Shown piece after piece: positions 48,471 to 57,589 of a stretch of 64,000 nucleotides of DNA; within the stretch, counting starts at the first letter, position 1; the number at the start of each line of letters is the position of its first letter. The position numbers and the translations under genes were made by a program. The stretch covers positions 1 to 64,000 of the IMG/VR virus record IMGVR_UViG_3300001525_000272; one strand, given 5' to 3'. The DNA is from a virus. Taxonomy: Duplodnaviria; Caudoviricetes. Below the pieces are notes generated by a model. It was not told the DNA's origin and did not search any database. It saw nothing but the letters and a program-made list of their open reading frames with translations.

Positions 48471-49208
48471 TTACCAAGGTTCTGTATTTAGCATTTCTAC
48501 ATTAAGACCATCAAAAACACCATGTTCTTCAGCTCTAAATCTATCTTCATCACAACCATCACCATCATAGTTCACATGAATTACATAGATCTTTTCTTTC
48601 TTATTAAGAATTCTATCTTTAATATTTTCAAATGTTAATTTATTATTATCAAATATAGAAAATTGTTTACCCAATTTCATGAGTTTTTCTGTAATGGCAA
48701 CACTATCTTCGTTAATTATATAACTACACGAATAACCACCATCTATCTTATCATATGTAAAATTATCTCTATTTTTGATATACTTGATAAGTTCATCACC
48801 TTCAAGTTCCATAATCTTTTTCATATGATCTTTTGTTACAATACGTGAATCATAACTTGGTTCTTGAACCCTAATGATTGTATGTTCATCATTCAAATAT
48901 TTAATTTTTAATTGATCTTCAGTATTAGTACTACTATCAATTTGTTGTTTACACCACTCAAACATATATACATCATCTGGATTATTTTTATCATAATCAG
49001 TAACAATATCATCAAGTCTAATATAACCAGCAAACAAAGAGACATAATTGTTTAAAATTTTAGTCATCTTTGTTTTATTATCCCAATAATCACATTTACA
49101 TTTATCACTAATATCACTAATCAAATCATTAGTGGCATAATTACTATTAGTAGAAATTAAGAAAGATGAACTACTTGAATTTGAAACAAAGTCGGATCTA
49201 ATTTTCAT
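48471..49208 (-). CDS. NSSSSSF-motif family protein, copy 1
   Basis: N-terminus MKIRSDFVSNSSSSSFLI. Confidence 0.8.
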   Translation of the reverse strand: MKIRSDFVSNSSSSSFLISTNSNYATNDLISDISDKCKCDYWDNKTKMTKILNNYVSLFAGYIRLDDIVTDYDKNNPDDVYMFEWCKQQIDSSTNTEDQLKIKYLNDEHTIIRVQEPSYDSRIVTKDHMKKIMELEGDELIKYIKNRDNFTYDKIDGGYSCSYIINEDSVAITEKLMKLGKQFSIFDNNKLTFENIKDRILNKKEKIYVIHVNYDGDGCDEDRFRAEEHGVFDGLNVEMLNTEPW

Positions 49209-49226
49209 AACTATTTTCTATTCCTT

Positions 49227-49634
49227 TTAAATCGGACAATTTGTATTAATCCACATTCTGTTAAAAATTATGTTTTTAATACCCAGAATCTGCCATGTAT
49301 CAGCAAGTTCATGCATATCTTCTTCTGGTGTCTTTCTTAACATTAATCTAAAATAAGTATTTACCAAATCATTAGATGTTGGCAATTTGAATTGGACATA
49401 GTATTTATTATTAGTTATTGTATAATAGATATTAGATAATTCATCAGCGGGAACCTCTATAGATTCAGGTCCATCATTTATATATTTATCATCTTTACAA
49501 TAACTGATAACAAGAACATTATCAGATCTGTAATAAACATCAATAATCAAACAATTCACAAAAATGACATTTTTATCAAGATCAATTATTTTTTGAATTT
49601 TAGATTTGATTTTGTCAATGTTTGATTTCTTCAT
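49227..49634 (-). CDS. Hypothetical protein
   Basis: 135-aa ORF between queC and the NSSSSSF array. Confidence 0.5.
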   Translation of the reverse strand: MKKSNIDKIKSKIQKIIDLDKNVIFVNCLIIDVYYRSDNVLVISYCKDDKYINDGPESIEVPADELSNIYYTITNNKYYVQFKLPTSNDLVNTYFRLMLRKTPEEDMHELADTWQILGIKNIIFNRMWINTNCPI

Positions 49635-49640
49635 TGTCTT

Positions 49641-51386
49641 TTACACCTTTTGTTTCTTTTCATTAACCAACCTGTGCAAATTATACAATTTGTCGTTCGG
49701 AAAATGAATTCTATTTATAATTGAATGAATATCATACTTTTCTGGTTCATGATTAAGATGTTCTGGTTCAAGAATCTTTAAATCTGGATCATCAACTTCA
49801 TAGAAATTTCTGATTTTAGTATCATCCATTCCCACCATTTTAGATCCCCAATAAGAAAGTAAACCTGAACCACAAGCAGGAACACCATTCTTCATACAAT
49901 TACAAGGAACACCATCAATAACTTTGGCTCTGTCACAACTAATTGCGTGACGATATGCGTGTTCTAAATGAAATTCCTTGATAAGAGCAAATTGTTCAAA
50001 CTTCATAAGATCAGAAAGACCATAACATGGTTCAATTCTATTTCCGATGAGAGTTGCATATTTCATAAATTCAAGAAAAGAACTAATGAAATACTCTGAA
50101 TTATCCGGATATGTATTATGGGTTAAAACTTTGTTGAGAAAGAAATTATTGTTTGGTTCAACACTATAATTTAACATCTCAACTTTTTCTTCTATACGTT
50201 CAATATTTTCAATAATCCATCCATTGTGTACATCCATCATAAAGTTAAGAACTTTATTCTTAACTTCATCAAGATTATCAAGTTCACTTTCTATAATAGC
50301 AAGATGGTCCCAACCAATAGATTTATATTTTCTATCTCTATCTTCGATTTCTTCTAAAGAATGGAAGAATCCAATACCACCGTAATATTCTACAACTTTC
50401 TTTTGAGATATATTGATAAAATCTGGATTCATGTGCTTTCCTTCAGCAGTCATCCAAATTTGTCCATCACCAACATATCTCAAATCAAGATTAAGCGATT
50501 CAAACAAATCAATTAACTTTCTCTCAGCTTTACTAATCTTTTGATTAAGTTCAGCACTGTGTGGTTTACCTTTAAACCTAATACTCGCTAATTCAGCTAA
50601 ATGTCTTCTTGCATCTTTATCTATATGAGATGTTCTTTGCGCAACACCACATTCTCTATATGTATAACACATATCACCAATAGCAAGATTCTGTGCTTCA
50701 ACCCAACCTTTCTTTTTAATATAAAGCGGGTGTTCCTTACTTAAAAATAGCACCTTCTTGCTATGAATAATACCTTCATCAAATGTTAATGAAATTTTAT
50801 AAGTAATATCATGTTCCGGATGATAGATATTAGTAACTATAGCTTTTTCAAATTCTTTTTTCTCAAAATTAAAAGAAAGAACCTCGTCTCCAACTTTGAT
50901 ATCAAGTGGTTTAACTTGTTTATTATCAAATGTTGTTATAGTGTGATCATCTTTCGGGATAAAACACCCACTTTCTGAAAGATTGAGGAAACCACCAAGA
51001 AAATATACTTTATCATAATTATACTTGAATACTTGTTCTTCTGCAAAAGCAGCCATAATATTCAAAAATAATCCATTTCTATTATGAACCCAAGCACAAG
51101 TAGTTTTAATATCATCCGATGTACCAGTTGTTATAGCAGCACTAGGATTAATAAGCATACTCTCACTATCAATATCTTTCATCAACTTACTAATATCAAA
51201 TATCTTAAGGGGGATATCAAGTTCCTTACAGATATTAGTAATAGCAATCTTTTCTGCTGCACCAGATCTACAACCATAATCAAAATGACAAGCTATGATA
51301 TTTTCATATCCTGCCAATTTTAACATTGCAAGAGTTGTAGTACTATCAAGACCACCACTACAGGAAACTAAACAAAGTTCTTTCAT
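49641..51386 (-). CDS. queC: QueC-like 7-cyano-7-deazaguanine synthase, intein-containing
   Basis: LVSCSGGLDSTT (PP-loop), HFDYG.R...E, WVHNRNGLFL, spliced SESG-TYPDN, LMKFE, AISC...C.C...CGS. ATG 51386 overlaps the HAD stop (ATGA). Confidence 0.88.
   Translation of the reverse strand: MKELCLVSCSGGLDSTTTLAMLKLAGYENIIACHFDYGCRSGAAEKIAITNICKELDIPLKIFDISKLMKDIDSESMLINPSAAITTGTSDDIKTTCAWVHNRNGLFLNIMAAFAEEQVFKYNYDKVYFLGGFLNLSESGCFIPKDDHTITTFDNKQVKPLDIKVGDEVLSFNFEKKEFEKAIVTNIYHPEHDITYKISLTFDEGIIHSKKVLFLSKEHPLYIKKKGWVEAQNLAIGDMCYTYRECGVAQRTSHIDKDARRHLAELASIRFKGKPHSAELNQKISKAERKLIDLFESLNLDLRYVGDGQIWMTAEGKHMNPDFINISQKKVVEYYGGIGFFHSLEEIEDRDRKYKSIGWDHLAIIESELDNLDEVKNKVLNFMMDVHNGWIIENIERIEEKVEMLNYSVEPNNNFFLNKVLTHNTYPDNSEYFISSFLEFMKYATLIGNRIEPCYGLSDLMKFEQFALIKEFHLEHAYRHAISCDRAKVIDGVPCNCMKNGVPACGSGLLSYWGSKMVGMDDTKIRNFYEVDDPDLKILEPEHLNHEPEKYDIHSIINRIHFPNDKLYNLHRLVNEKKQKV
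50115..50966 (-). mobile_element. Intein (284 aa) in QueC with a NUMOD3 and PD-(D/E)xK-like endonuclease core
   Basis: Starts CFIPKD...DIKVGDEVLSFN (blocks A/B); ends LNYSVEPNNNFFLNKVLTHN followed by +1 Thr. Centre has KGKPHSAELNQKIS and NPDF...VVEYYG...H...RD..Y...GW. Confidence 0.9.
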
Positions 51387-51877
51387 TCTCCACACTCCAT
51401 AATTCTATATCTGCACATTACCAGAAAATCAACTATATTGATACAAAGAATCGTGGGATCTGTTTGAGTTATTTTCTCACAGAGATCACTATTGTTATCA
51501 ACATAAATGATATTTTTAGAATATTTATTTTTACAATAGTTAATACATTTTATCTTAAAATTCAATTCTTCCTGATTTCCAACTTCAGGAACTTTAAGAT
51601 TTTGAGCCATTACTGGGTATGTTATTGATGCATTATTTCTTCTCAAACAATCTTCAATCAATGGAAAATCTTGAATTGGTCTTGAAGTAACAATAGTCCA
51701 TTTAATATTAAATGCTGATGGATTGACTGCCAATTTAAATCCCATAAACTGAACAATGTTTGTAACATTATCGACAAATTTGGTTTGTTGAACTAATGTT
51801 CCGTCAAAATCAAATATAAAGAGAATATTATCAATGTTTTTTCTGACATTATCAGGTACTGATGGATAATCAGACAT
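51383..51877 (-). CDS. HAD-superfamily phosphatase-like protein
   Basis: FIFDFDGTLV (motif I), IVTSRP (II), K (III), IIYVDNN (IV). Start MSDYP overlaps the Gat stop. Confidence 0.75.
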   Translation of the reverse strand: MSDYPSVPDNVRKNIDNILFIFDFDGTLVQQTKFVDNVTNIVQFMGFKLAVNPSAFNIKWTIVTSRPIQDFPLIEDCLRRNNASITYPVMAQNLKVPEVGNQEELNFKIKCINYCKNKYSKNIIYVDNNSDLCEKITQTDPTILCINIVDFLVMCRYRIMECGE

Positions 51878-52736
51878 TGTAATGACCTTTCTGCTGAAGA
51901 AGTTTCTTGTTACTATCCCAAACATTAGTCATATAACGAGGACTGTATTGAATATCACTAATGAAACCACTTTGAAGATCAATTTCATGAATGAAACCAC
52001 CCGGAAGATAATTGCTATAGAAAGATTCCCAGCAACAAATTCCATTACGTTTCACATCATATTTCTCTTCAATAATCTTATCAATCCACTGTTTGGATGA
52101 TGCTGCAATCAAACCTTCACCTCTAAGATATCCAACAGCCAATGGTTTAAAATCATTGATCATGTAAAGAACATCTTTTTTACCATCATACATTAATGCA
52201 GCAACACCACCACAAATAAATTCCATAGCATCTTTGATATTTCTACCAAACTTAAGATATGATGCTATAATTGCTTCACTATCAATATCAGTTTGATATT
52301 TATATGTTTTACCCAACTGATCTCTTATCTTATTTGAAATTGCCCCATTGTGAACAAGAACAATATCTTCCTCTTCATTAATAATGGGTTGAAGTGTTTT
52401 ATCAAGTTTAGTAGAATCAGTAGCACATTCTGTTTCTGGTGCTGCTCTACTAATCATCAATGTTACATCACCACGAGTAGGAAGCCAACTTCCATCTGGA
52501 TAATTGATGATAGATCTCCAGAGATCATATTCGTCACCTTCAGTTTTTGCCAATTCCGAATACGGTTTCTCTGATTTAAAGATACTATATTTTTTAGTAA
52601 GATTTGGTATAGATCTTCTAATGTGAACTACACCAAATCCATTAGTTCCACGTTCTTCACTATCACGAGCCAATTTTGCTCTAACAGCAATACTAAGACT
52701 AGAATCTCTGTCAAACATTCCTACAATACCGCACAT
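51870..52736 (-). CDS. Class II (Ntn) glutamine amidotransferase, Gat-like
   Basis: M-CGIVG N-terminal nucleophile Cys, RG..GFG, SRAAP.TE, QP, VHNG.I.N, DSEAI. Confidence 0.88.
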   Translation of the reverse strand: MCGIVGMFDRDSSLSIAVRAKLARDSEERGTNGFGVVHIRRSIPNLTKKYSIFKSEKPYSELAKTEGDEYDLWRSIINYPDGSWLPTRGDVTLMISRAAPETECATDSTKLDKTLQPIINEEEDIVLVHNGAISNKIRDQLGKTYKYQTDIDSEAIIASYLKFGRNIKDAMEFICGGVAALMYDGKKDVLYMINDFKPLAVGYLRGEGLIAASSKQWIDKIIEEKYDVKRNGICCWESFYSNYLPGGFIHEIDLQSGFISDIQYSPRYMTNVWDSNKKLLQQKGHYNV

Positions 52737-52738
52737 TA

Positions 52739-52984
52739 TCAATTCTCCTCTGTACCAAATAATTTACGAGTATGTTTTAATTCTCTTTTAACTTGTTTTG
52801 AAGTTTTTAAACCCATATACAATAATGACAAACTTGCATTTATTGCATCAAGTGAATCAATTATACTTTCATTCAATTTTTGAATCTTTTTAATATCCAA
52901 ACCATAAAGTTTGAGATATGAATTAAACTTCTTGATTTCATCATCAGTTAAAGTAATATGAGAAAGTTTCTTCTTTCCTTTCAT
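52739..52984 (-). CDS. Hypothetical protein
   Basis: 81-aa ORF; stop is 2 nt before the Gat start. Confidence 0.5.
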   Translation of the reverse strand: MKGKKKLSHITLTDDEIKKFNSYLKLYGLDIKKIQKLNESIIDSLDAINASLSLLYMGLKTSKQVKRELKHTRKLFGTEEN

Positions 52985-52985
52985 T

Positions 52986-53756
52986 TCAATAACTCCATTT
53001 TGGATTAAATTTGATCTTTCTCATTGCACCAGACTCAAGATCAGTTTCGCGAATAACTTCTTGTTCCAATGGGTGACCATACCAAGTCTCCCAAAGATTA
53101 ACTGCATCCTGACTACAATCAGTAAAACTATGGATGATGTTTCTCAAACAAACCATATTTTGATGAAGCATGAATCCAATACCCTTAATATATGCATGAC
53201 ACATTTGAATTCCACAATGTCCATCATTTGCACTTATCAAATTCATCTTCTTTAAATCACAAGCAATAAGATTGATATCACATTGATCACAATCTTCCAA
53301 TGTTCTCTTCATATCTCTCTGATTTTTAATGTAGAGTTTATAAAGATAATCATCAGCAAATTTTTTCCAATCATTAAAACAAGAAACATTACTGCTATTA
53401 TTAGTCAAGATAAATTTCTCAGTTTCATCATATACAATTTTACCATCAAAAGAAAATATGATAAGATCTCCAATCTTCATATTATCATTATAGAATTTCT
53501 CAAAAACTTCAAAATAGTTAGTTTCTATATCATGATAACAATCACCATCAACATCAAAAATATATACAGGATCCGAACTACCCTTCTTAACAATTATTGC
53601 ATCAAGATGATGTTTTCTTTTATCATCCATATATGCATTAATCATATATCGCATAAGATCTTTATAAGCAGGTACAGATTCTCTTGCGAAAAAAGCTCCA
53701 ATTCCGTTCATGATTTGATTTTCCTTTACATTTGAAATTGTTTTGAATTTAATCAA
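52986..53756 (-). CDS. Hypothetical protein
   Basis: 256-aa ORF with uncertain start (TTG 53756 or ATG 53711). Confidence 0.55.
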   Translation of the reverse strand: MIKFKTISNVKENQIMNGIGAFFARESVPAYKDLMRYMINAYMDDKRKHHLDAIIVKKGSSDPVYIFDVDGDCYHDIETNYFEVFEKFYNDNMKIGDLIIFSFDGKIVYDETEKFILTNNSSNVSCFNDWKKFADDYLYKLYIKNQRDMKRTLEDCDQCDINLIACDLKKMNLISANDGHCGIQMCHAYIKGIGFMLHQNMVCLRNIIHSFTDCSQDAVNLWETWYGHPLEQEVIRETDLESGAMRKIKFNPKWSY

Positions 53757-53835
53757 TTCAACAGTTTAAGAATCTTTAAGAAAGAAAAAGACAGGATTTA
53801 CCTGCCTTTAACTAACCCAGGTTATTAAACCTGAG

Positions 53836-54297
53836 TTAGTTGTTGGGATCGAAGGAGAAACAATCGAACACCAACCGAATCTTCGAAAGGTTGACCTCGG
53901 TAGCACCCGTAAGCTTCATGAAGGCCCCGAGGCCTTCAATCTGCCTTTGTGTAAACGTCGGATTTCTCCTTTCTTCCTCGGCTTTCTGTTGTTCGAATTC
54001 TTGCTTCTTAACCTCTTCGGCCTTCTTTTCCTCAAAGAGTTTTTCTTTGAAGTGAGCCAAGATCCTGGCATGAAAGTTATACGTTCTTCCACCAAAATCC
54101 CGCTCTTTGGATTTTCCCATTGCACGAGCCGTCGCTAACAACTGAGCATTCGACGCCTCCAAAAAAGACGTCGTATTGGGAAACTGGTTCATGATCCTCA
54201 GTAGCCTACTGGCGATCACACGCGAAACTGTGTGATTGTCAGCACAAGAATTGACGAACTCGCGAATTTCTTCACGAGAGATTGATCTCATCATCAT
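53836..54297 (-). CDS. GC-rich monocistronic gene, possible helix-hairpin-helix protein
   Basis: Visibly higher GC than its neighbours; FPNTTSFLEASNAQLLATARAMGKSK resembles an HhH motif; flanked by hairpins. Confidence 0.55.
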   Translation of the reverse strand: MMMRSISREEIREFVNSCADNHTVSRVIASRLLRIMNQFPNTTSFLEASNAQLLATARAMGKSKERDFGGRTYNFHARILAHFKEKLFEEKKAEEVKKQEFEQQKAEEERRNPTFTQRQIEGLGAFMKLTGATEVNLSKIRLVFDCFSFDPNN

Positions 54298-54408
54298 TTG
54301 TTTGGTTCTTTTTTGTTGTTGACATTGACGAAAGACCACAATTAATCTTTCATTCAATAATTAATATATTTAGAATTTAACTTTCTATTCCAAACAAATG
54401 ATGAATCA

Positions 54409-54448
54409 AATGGGTTCTAATAGATAATTGATTCTACTAGAACCCATT
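54409..54448 (-). terminator. Hairpin after the ligase gene
   Basis: aatgggttcta / tagaacccatt 11-bp stem, extendable with one mismatch. Confidence 0.6.
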
Positions 54449-54453
54449 CAGTT

Positions 54454-55794
54454 TTAAGTATTTCTTTCAACACCATGAATAGATTTCAGTGTCGGGAATC
54501 TAATTGATTTACCCCCGTCCTGATTTTCTGTACATTCAAAGTATTTGACAGTAACAGTTTTACCAACAATCAAAGAAGGCTGAGCTTTAAACAATCTTCT
54601 TGATTCAATTGACATACCGCTACCAATACGAACCGGATATCCTTCATAAGTTGAATTGAGTGCTGTAACAACTTCCTCAGTTTCTTCATATGAAGTACCA
54701 TCCCGTCTGTATTTAATAATACGAAACGGTCCTGTTTCTATTCCAGTAATAACAAGTTCACATTCATTAAACTGTTTTACCTTAATAAGATCATTGGAAC
54801 GTTTACCCTTATATACATCATTCTTTCTAAGGACTAAACCCTCCCAATCATTATCCATAGCTTCCTTTTGAAATTCATCAACATCATTCCAAGAAGTGAT
54901 AAGTCTCTGTTCAATGACATCAACATTGGGAAGTTTTCCAAAAACAGTAGTTTGAAGATTTTGAATTCTGTCACTAAATTTCGTAGTAGTAGAACCCCTA
55001 TAGAAATCTTCAAGACTTAAAATATCAAAACATTTGTATTTTGGATTTTGAACAGTATGATCTTTCTTCCTAATCTCTTTCATCATAGATTGGAAGTTTT
55101 CATTACCATTCGGTTCAACAATACAACATTCGCCATCAAGAACAACATTTCTGAGGTTAAGACTCTTCAACTGCTCTTTAATGACATCAAGAGTAAAGTA
55201 TTCTTTACCGCTTCTTGACTTAATAGTAATGTCACCATTGGCATCAATTAATGCAACGGTTCTAACACCATCAAGTTTACGAGAAGCATAAAACTGTTCT
55301 TTACTAAAATCAAGTTTCGTTCTGTTTGGATCATAGTCGCTCAATGCAACACCAAGAGAAACATTGAATTCAGAAATCAAACCCTTAAACACTTTGTTAA
55401 TGATTTGAGATCCGATTCTGATTTGAATGTTTCTATCTATGACATTAAGAATAAGATCTTCAAACCGAGAATTGTTTTCAATAAACTTAACAATTGCAGC
55501 AATGGCTCTATGACCAGTTATGCTTCTATTATTAAGATCATTGAGAAGACTAATCAAAGTATCATGTTGGAGATTTTCATTTGCTATGATTTCTCTAACA
55601 GAAGAACTATCTTTTAGTTTCTTAACATTGTCTGGGGTTACCCCATACTGATACAAGTTCGTATCATATACATATTTCAACAACTGTTGACAATCAGCAA
55701 AACTTCTTAAAGCAATCTCTTTCTCTTTACTAGAATTACTTCTATTTAGAGTAGAAACCAATTCAGAAAGACGATACAGTGATTGATCTGTCAC
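54454..55794 (-). CDS. lig: ATP-dependent DNA ligase
   Basis: SRKLDGVR (adenylated Lys), VLDGE, FDIL, WEGLVLR, KRS.DLIKVK, SIRFP. GTG 55794 has a GGAG RBS. Confidence 0.93.
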   Translation of the reverse strand: MTDQSLYRLSELVSTLNRSNSSKEKEIALRSFADCQQLLKYVYDTNLYQYGVTPDNVKKLKDSSSVREIIANENLQHDTLISLLNDLNNRSITGHRAIAAIVKFIENNSRFEDLILNVIDRNIQIRIGSQIINKVFKGLISEFNVSLGVALSDYDPNRTKLDFSKEQFYASRKLDGVRTVALIDANGDITIKSRSGKEYFTLDVIKEQLKSLNLRNVVLDGECCIVEPNGNENFQSMMKEIRKKDHTVQNPKYKCFDILSLEDFYRGSTTTKFSDRIQNLQTTVFGKLPNVDVIEQRLITSWNDVDEFQKEAMDNDWEGLVLRKNDVYKGKRSNDLIKVKQFNECELVITGIETGPFRIIKYRRDGTSYEETEEVVTALNSTYEGYPVRIGSGMSIESRRLFKAQPSLIVGKTVTVKYFECTENQDGGKSIRFPTLKSIHGVERNT

Positions 55795-55841
55795 TTTCTT
55801 TACTCCATTTTTGATCAGAAGAAAAGAGAGGTGGTTTTCTT

Positions 55842-56015
55842 TTACCACCTCTCCTCTTCATCACGATTTCTTCTTTTTCCATCGAACTTATCTTTTTTAA
55901 ATTTCTTACCTTTTCTTATAGGTCGGAAACCACCGCGATTTCCTCTATTATAAGAATCTTCATCATAATTACGATAATCCTCATTGGGATCAAATCGCCA
56001 ATCTTTTTTACTCAT
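55842..56015 (-). CDS. 57-aa highly charged RGG-containing peptide (below track cutoff)
   Basis: MSKKDWRFDPNEDYRNYDEDSYNRGNRGGFRPIRKGKKFKKDKFDGKRRNRDEEERW*, fills the gap before the ligase. Confidence 0.55.
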   Translation of the reverse strand: MSKKDWRFDPNEDYRNYDEDSYNRGNRGGFRPIRKGKKFKKDKFDGKRRNRDEEERW

Positions 56016-56034
56016 TGTTCTTTATTAGTTTGAT

Positions 56035-56376
56035 TTAGTGGTGTATGAATATCCCATTATTTGAATTAATGGTATTAATGAATTTTCCTTTAGTTCTTTT
56101 CTCTTTCCTACTAATCAATGAGTTTTCATCAATACTATTCTTTTGATTATTTTGGCAATAAGAACATTCAATTAATCTTGAAAGTAATCTGGCTTTTTCT
56201 AAACTTCTATTTAATTCTTTAATATGATCATCAGCTGTTCTATATAAAGTATTGATAGCCATACTATCACTATCAACAAACTTCATATTATCAGAAGAAC
56301 ATACACAGTCTGTAACAACATCAAACTTTTTAATTTTATGTTTTGATGTTTCTTTCTTTGTCTTTACCAGAATCAT
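56035..56376 (-). CDS. Hypothetical protein
   Basis: ATG 56376 overlaps the upstream TGA (ATGA); contains a CxxC. Confidence 0.5.
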   Translation of the reverse strand: MILVKTKKETSKHKIKKFDVVTDCVCSSDNMKFVDSDSMAINTLYRTADDHIKELNRSLEKARLLSRLIECSYCQNNQKNSIDENSLISRKEKRTKGKFINTINSNNGIFIHH

Positions 56377-57092
56377 TGTTTGATTTCCTTCAGTATAAGA
56401 CCCCATTCACGATTGTTAAGATTGTTTTTAAGTCTTTCTGGAATTGATTTCTTAATATTTTGCCAGTACTTCTTTTCTTCTTCAAGTCTCTTTATATAAC
56501 ACTTGAGTAAAAAGTATCTGATACCATAAATCAAATCACCTGCTGCAACAGAAACGAGTTTTTCAAAAACTCTAATTGAATCTATCTTCTCATGATTATC
56601 AAGTAGTCTTTTAAACTCATCATCAGATGCAATCTTTATAGATTTCCAATTACTGGATATATTACCATATTTATCAGTTAAAGTATAACTTCTGTAACTT
56701 CCTCTTTCTTGCTTATGTATCTCATTGTTATACTTCACAATAGTCATATCCATGATTCTAACAGAAAAGTTAAACGTTTTCTTATTAGAAAGAAATTCTA
56801 ACAAAACGCCATATCTTCCATTATCATCAATTATGATTTCATAATCTTTAACCTTCCTCTTTTGTGTTTCTATATAAGAAGGTATTCTAATATACATATC
56901 AGAAGAATCAACACATTGAAGGATCATTCCGCTCAACGTATTATCTTTTAAACTATTTTTCAAACTAGTTATCAAACCCTTTGCTATATAGTTATTCAAA
57001 ATCGATTCTGAAGGATTTGAGAATTCAGATAACAGAAGTTTACTGTTATTATGAATTGAAAGCTTTTTAATTTCGTCTTGTTCCATATTCAA
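56373..57092 (-). CDS. Hypothetical protein
   Basis: 239-aa ORF in a coupled operon. Confidence 0.55.
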   Translation of the reverse strand: MNMEQDEIKKLSIHNNSKLLLSEFSNPSESILNNYIAKGLITSLKNSLKDNTLSGMILQCVDSSDMYIRIPSYIETQKRKVKDYEIIIDDNGRYGVLLEFLSNKKTFNFSVRIMDMTIVKYNNEIHKQERGSYRSYTLTDKYGNISSNWKSIKIASDDEFKRLLDNHEKIDSIRVFEKLVSVAAGDLIYGIRYFLLKCYIKRLEEEKKYWQNIKKSIPERLKNNLNNREWGLILKEIKQ

Positions 57093-57589
57093 AATTCCAT
57101 TTCTTTTAGAGGGATGAAACTAAGTTTTTCACTATTTCCAGCTTCTATAAGATCTGAGTAATGTATATAATCTTCTTCTTTTAATATTTCAAAACCCTTT
57201 TTATTTCTAAGTATGTATCTATAATATCTGGTTGTATTATTGATTGTTACAGATAGAACCATAAAACCACAGCTATCATAAAGTTTTGGTAATACATCGA
57301 TAGTAAAAATGGGTTTAACCTTTTCTTTTATCTTATTGAGCGCAAACAATATTTCACTATTGTAAAAGATACTTAGTAAATTATTACTCCCAATCCAACC
57401 ATCACTATAATGTATAAAACATTTTTCAACACAAGTGACAATATTGACAAAAAACTTATTTATTGTTTCATTACTATATTCTTTATCTTCAATTTCTGTA
57501 TTCAGTAATATCTTGTATAGTTCAAGAAAACGCAATCTTGATCTATAATCTGTTAAAGCCAAAGTTTCTTCTAACGAATAAACTTTCAT
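57089..57589 (-). CDS. Hypothetical protein
   Basis: 166-aa ORF with 4-nt overlaps on both sides. Confidence 0.55.
   Translation of the reverse strand: MKVYSLEETLALTDYRSRLRFLELYKILLNTEIEDKEYSNETINKFFVNIVTCVEKCFIHYSDGWIGSNNLLSIFYNSEILFALNKIKEKVKPIFTIDVLPKLYDSCGFMVLSVTINNTTRYYRYILRNKKGFEILKEEDYIHYSDLIEAGNSEKLSFIPLKEMEF

Noticed and set aside
54454-55848. Track start of the ligase at GTG 55848
   Set aside because: It overlaps the stop of the 57-aa peptide and lies in a hairpin; GTG 55794 has a GGAG RBS.
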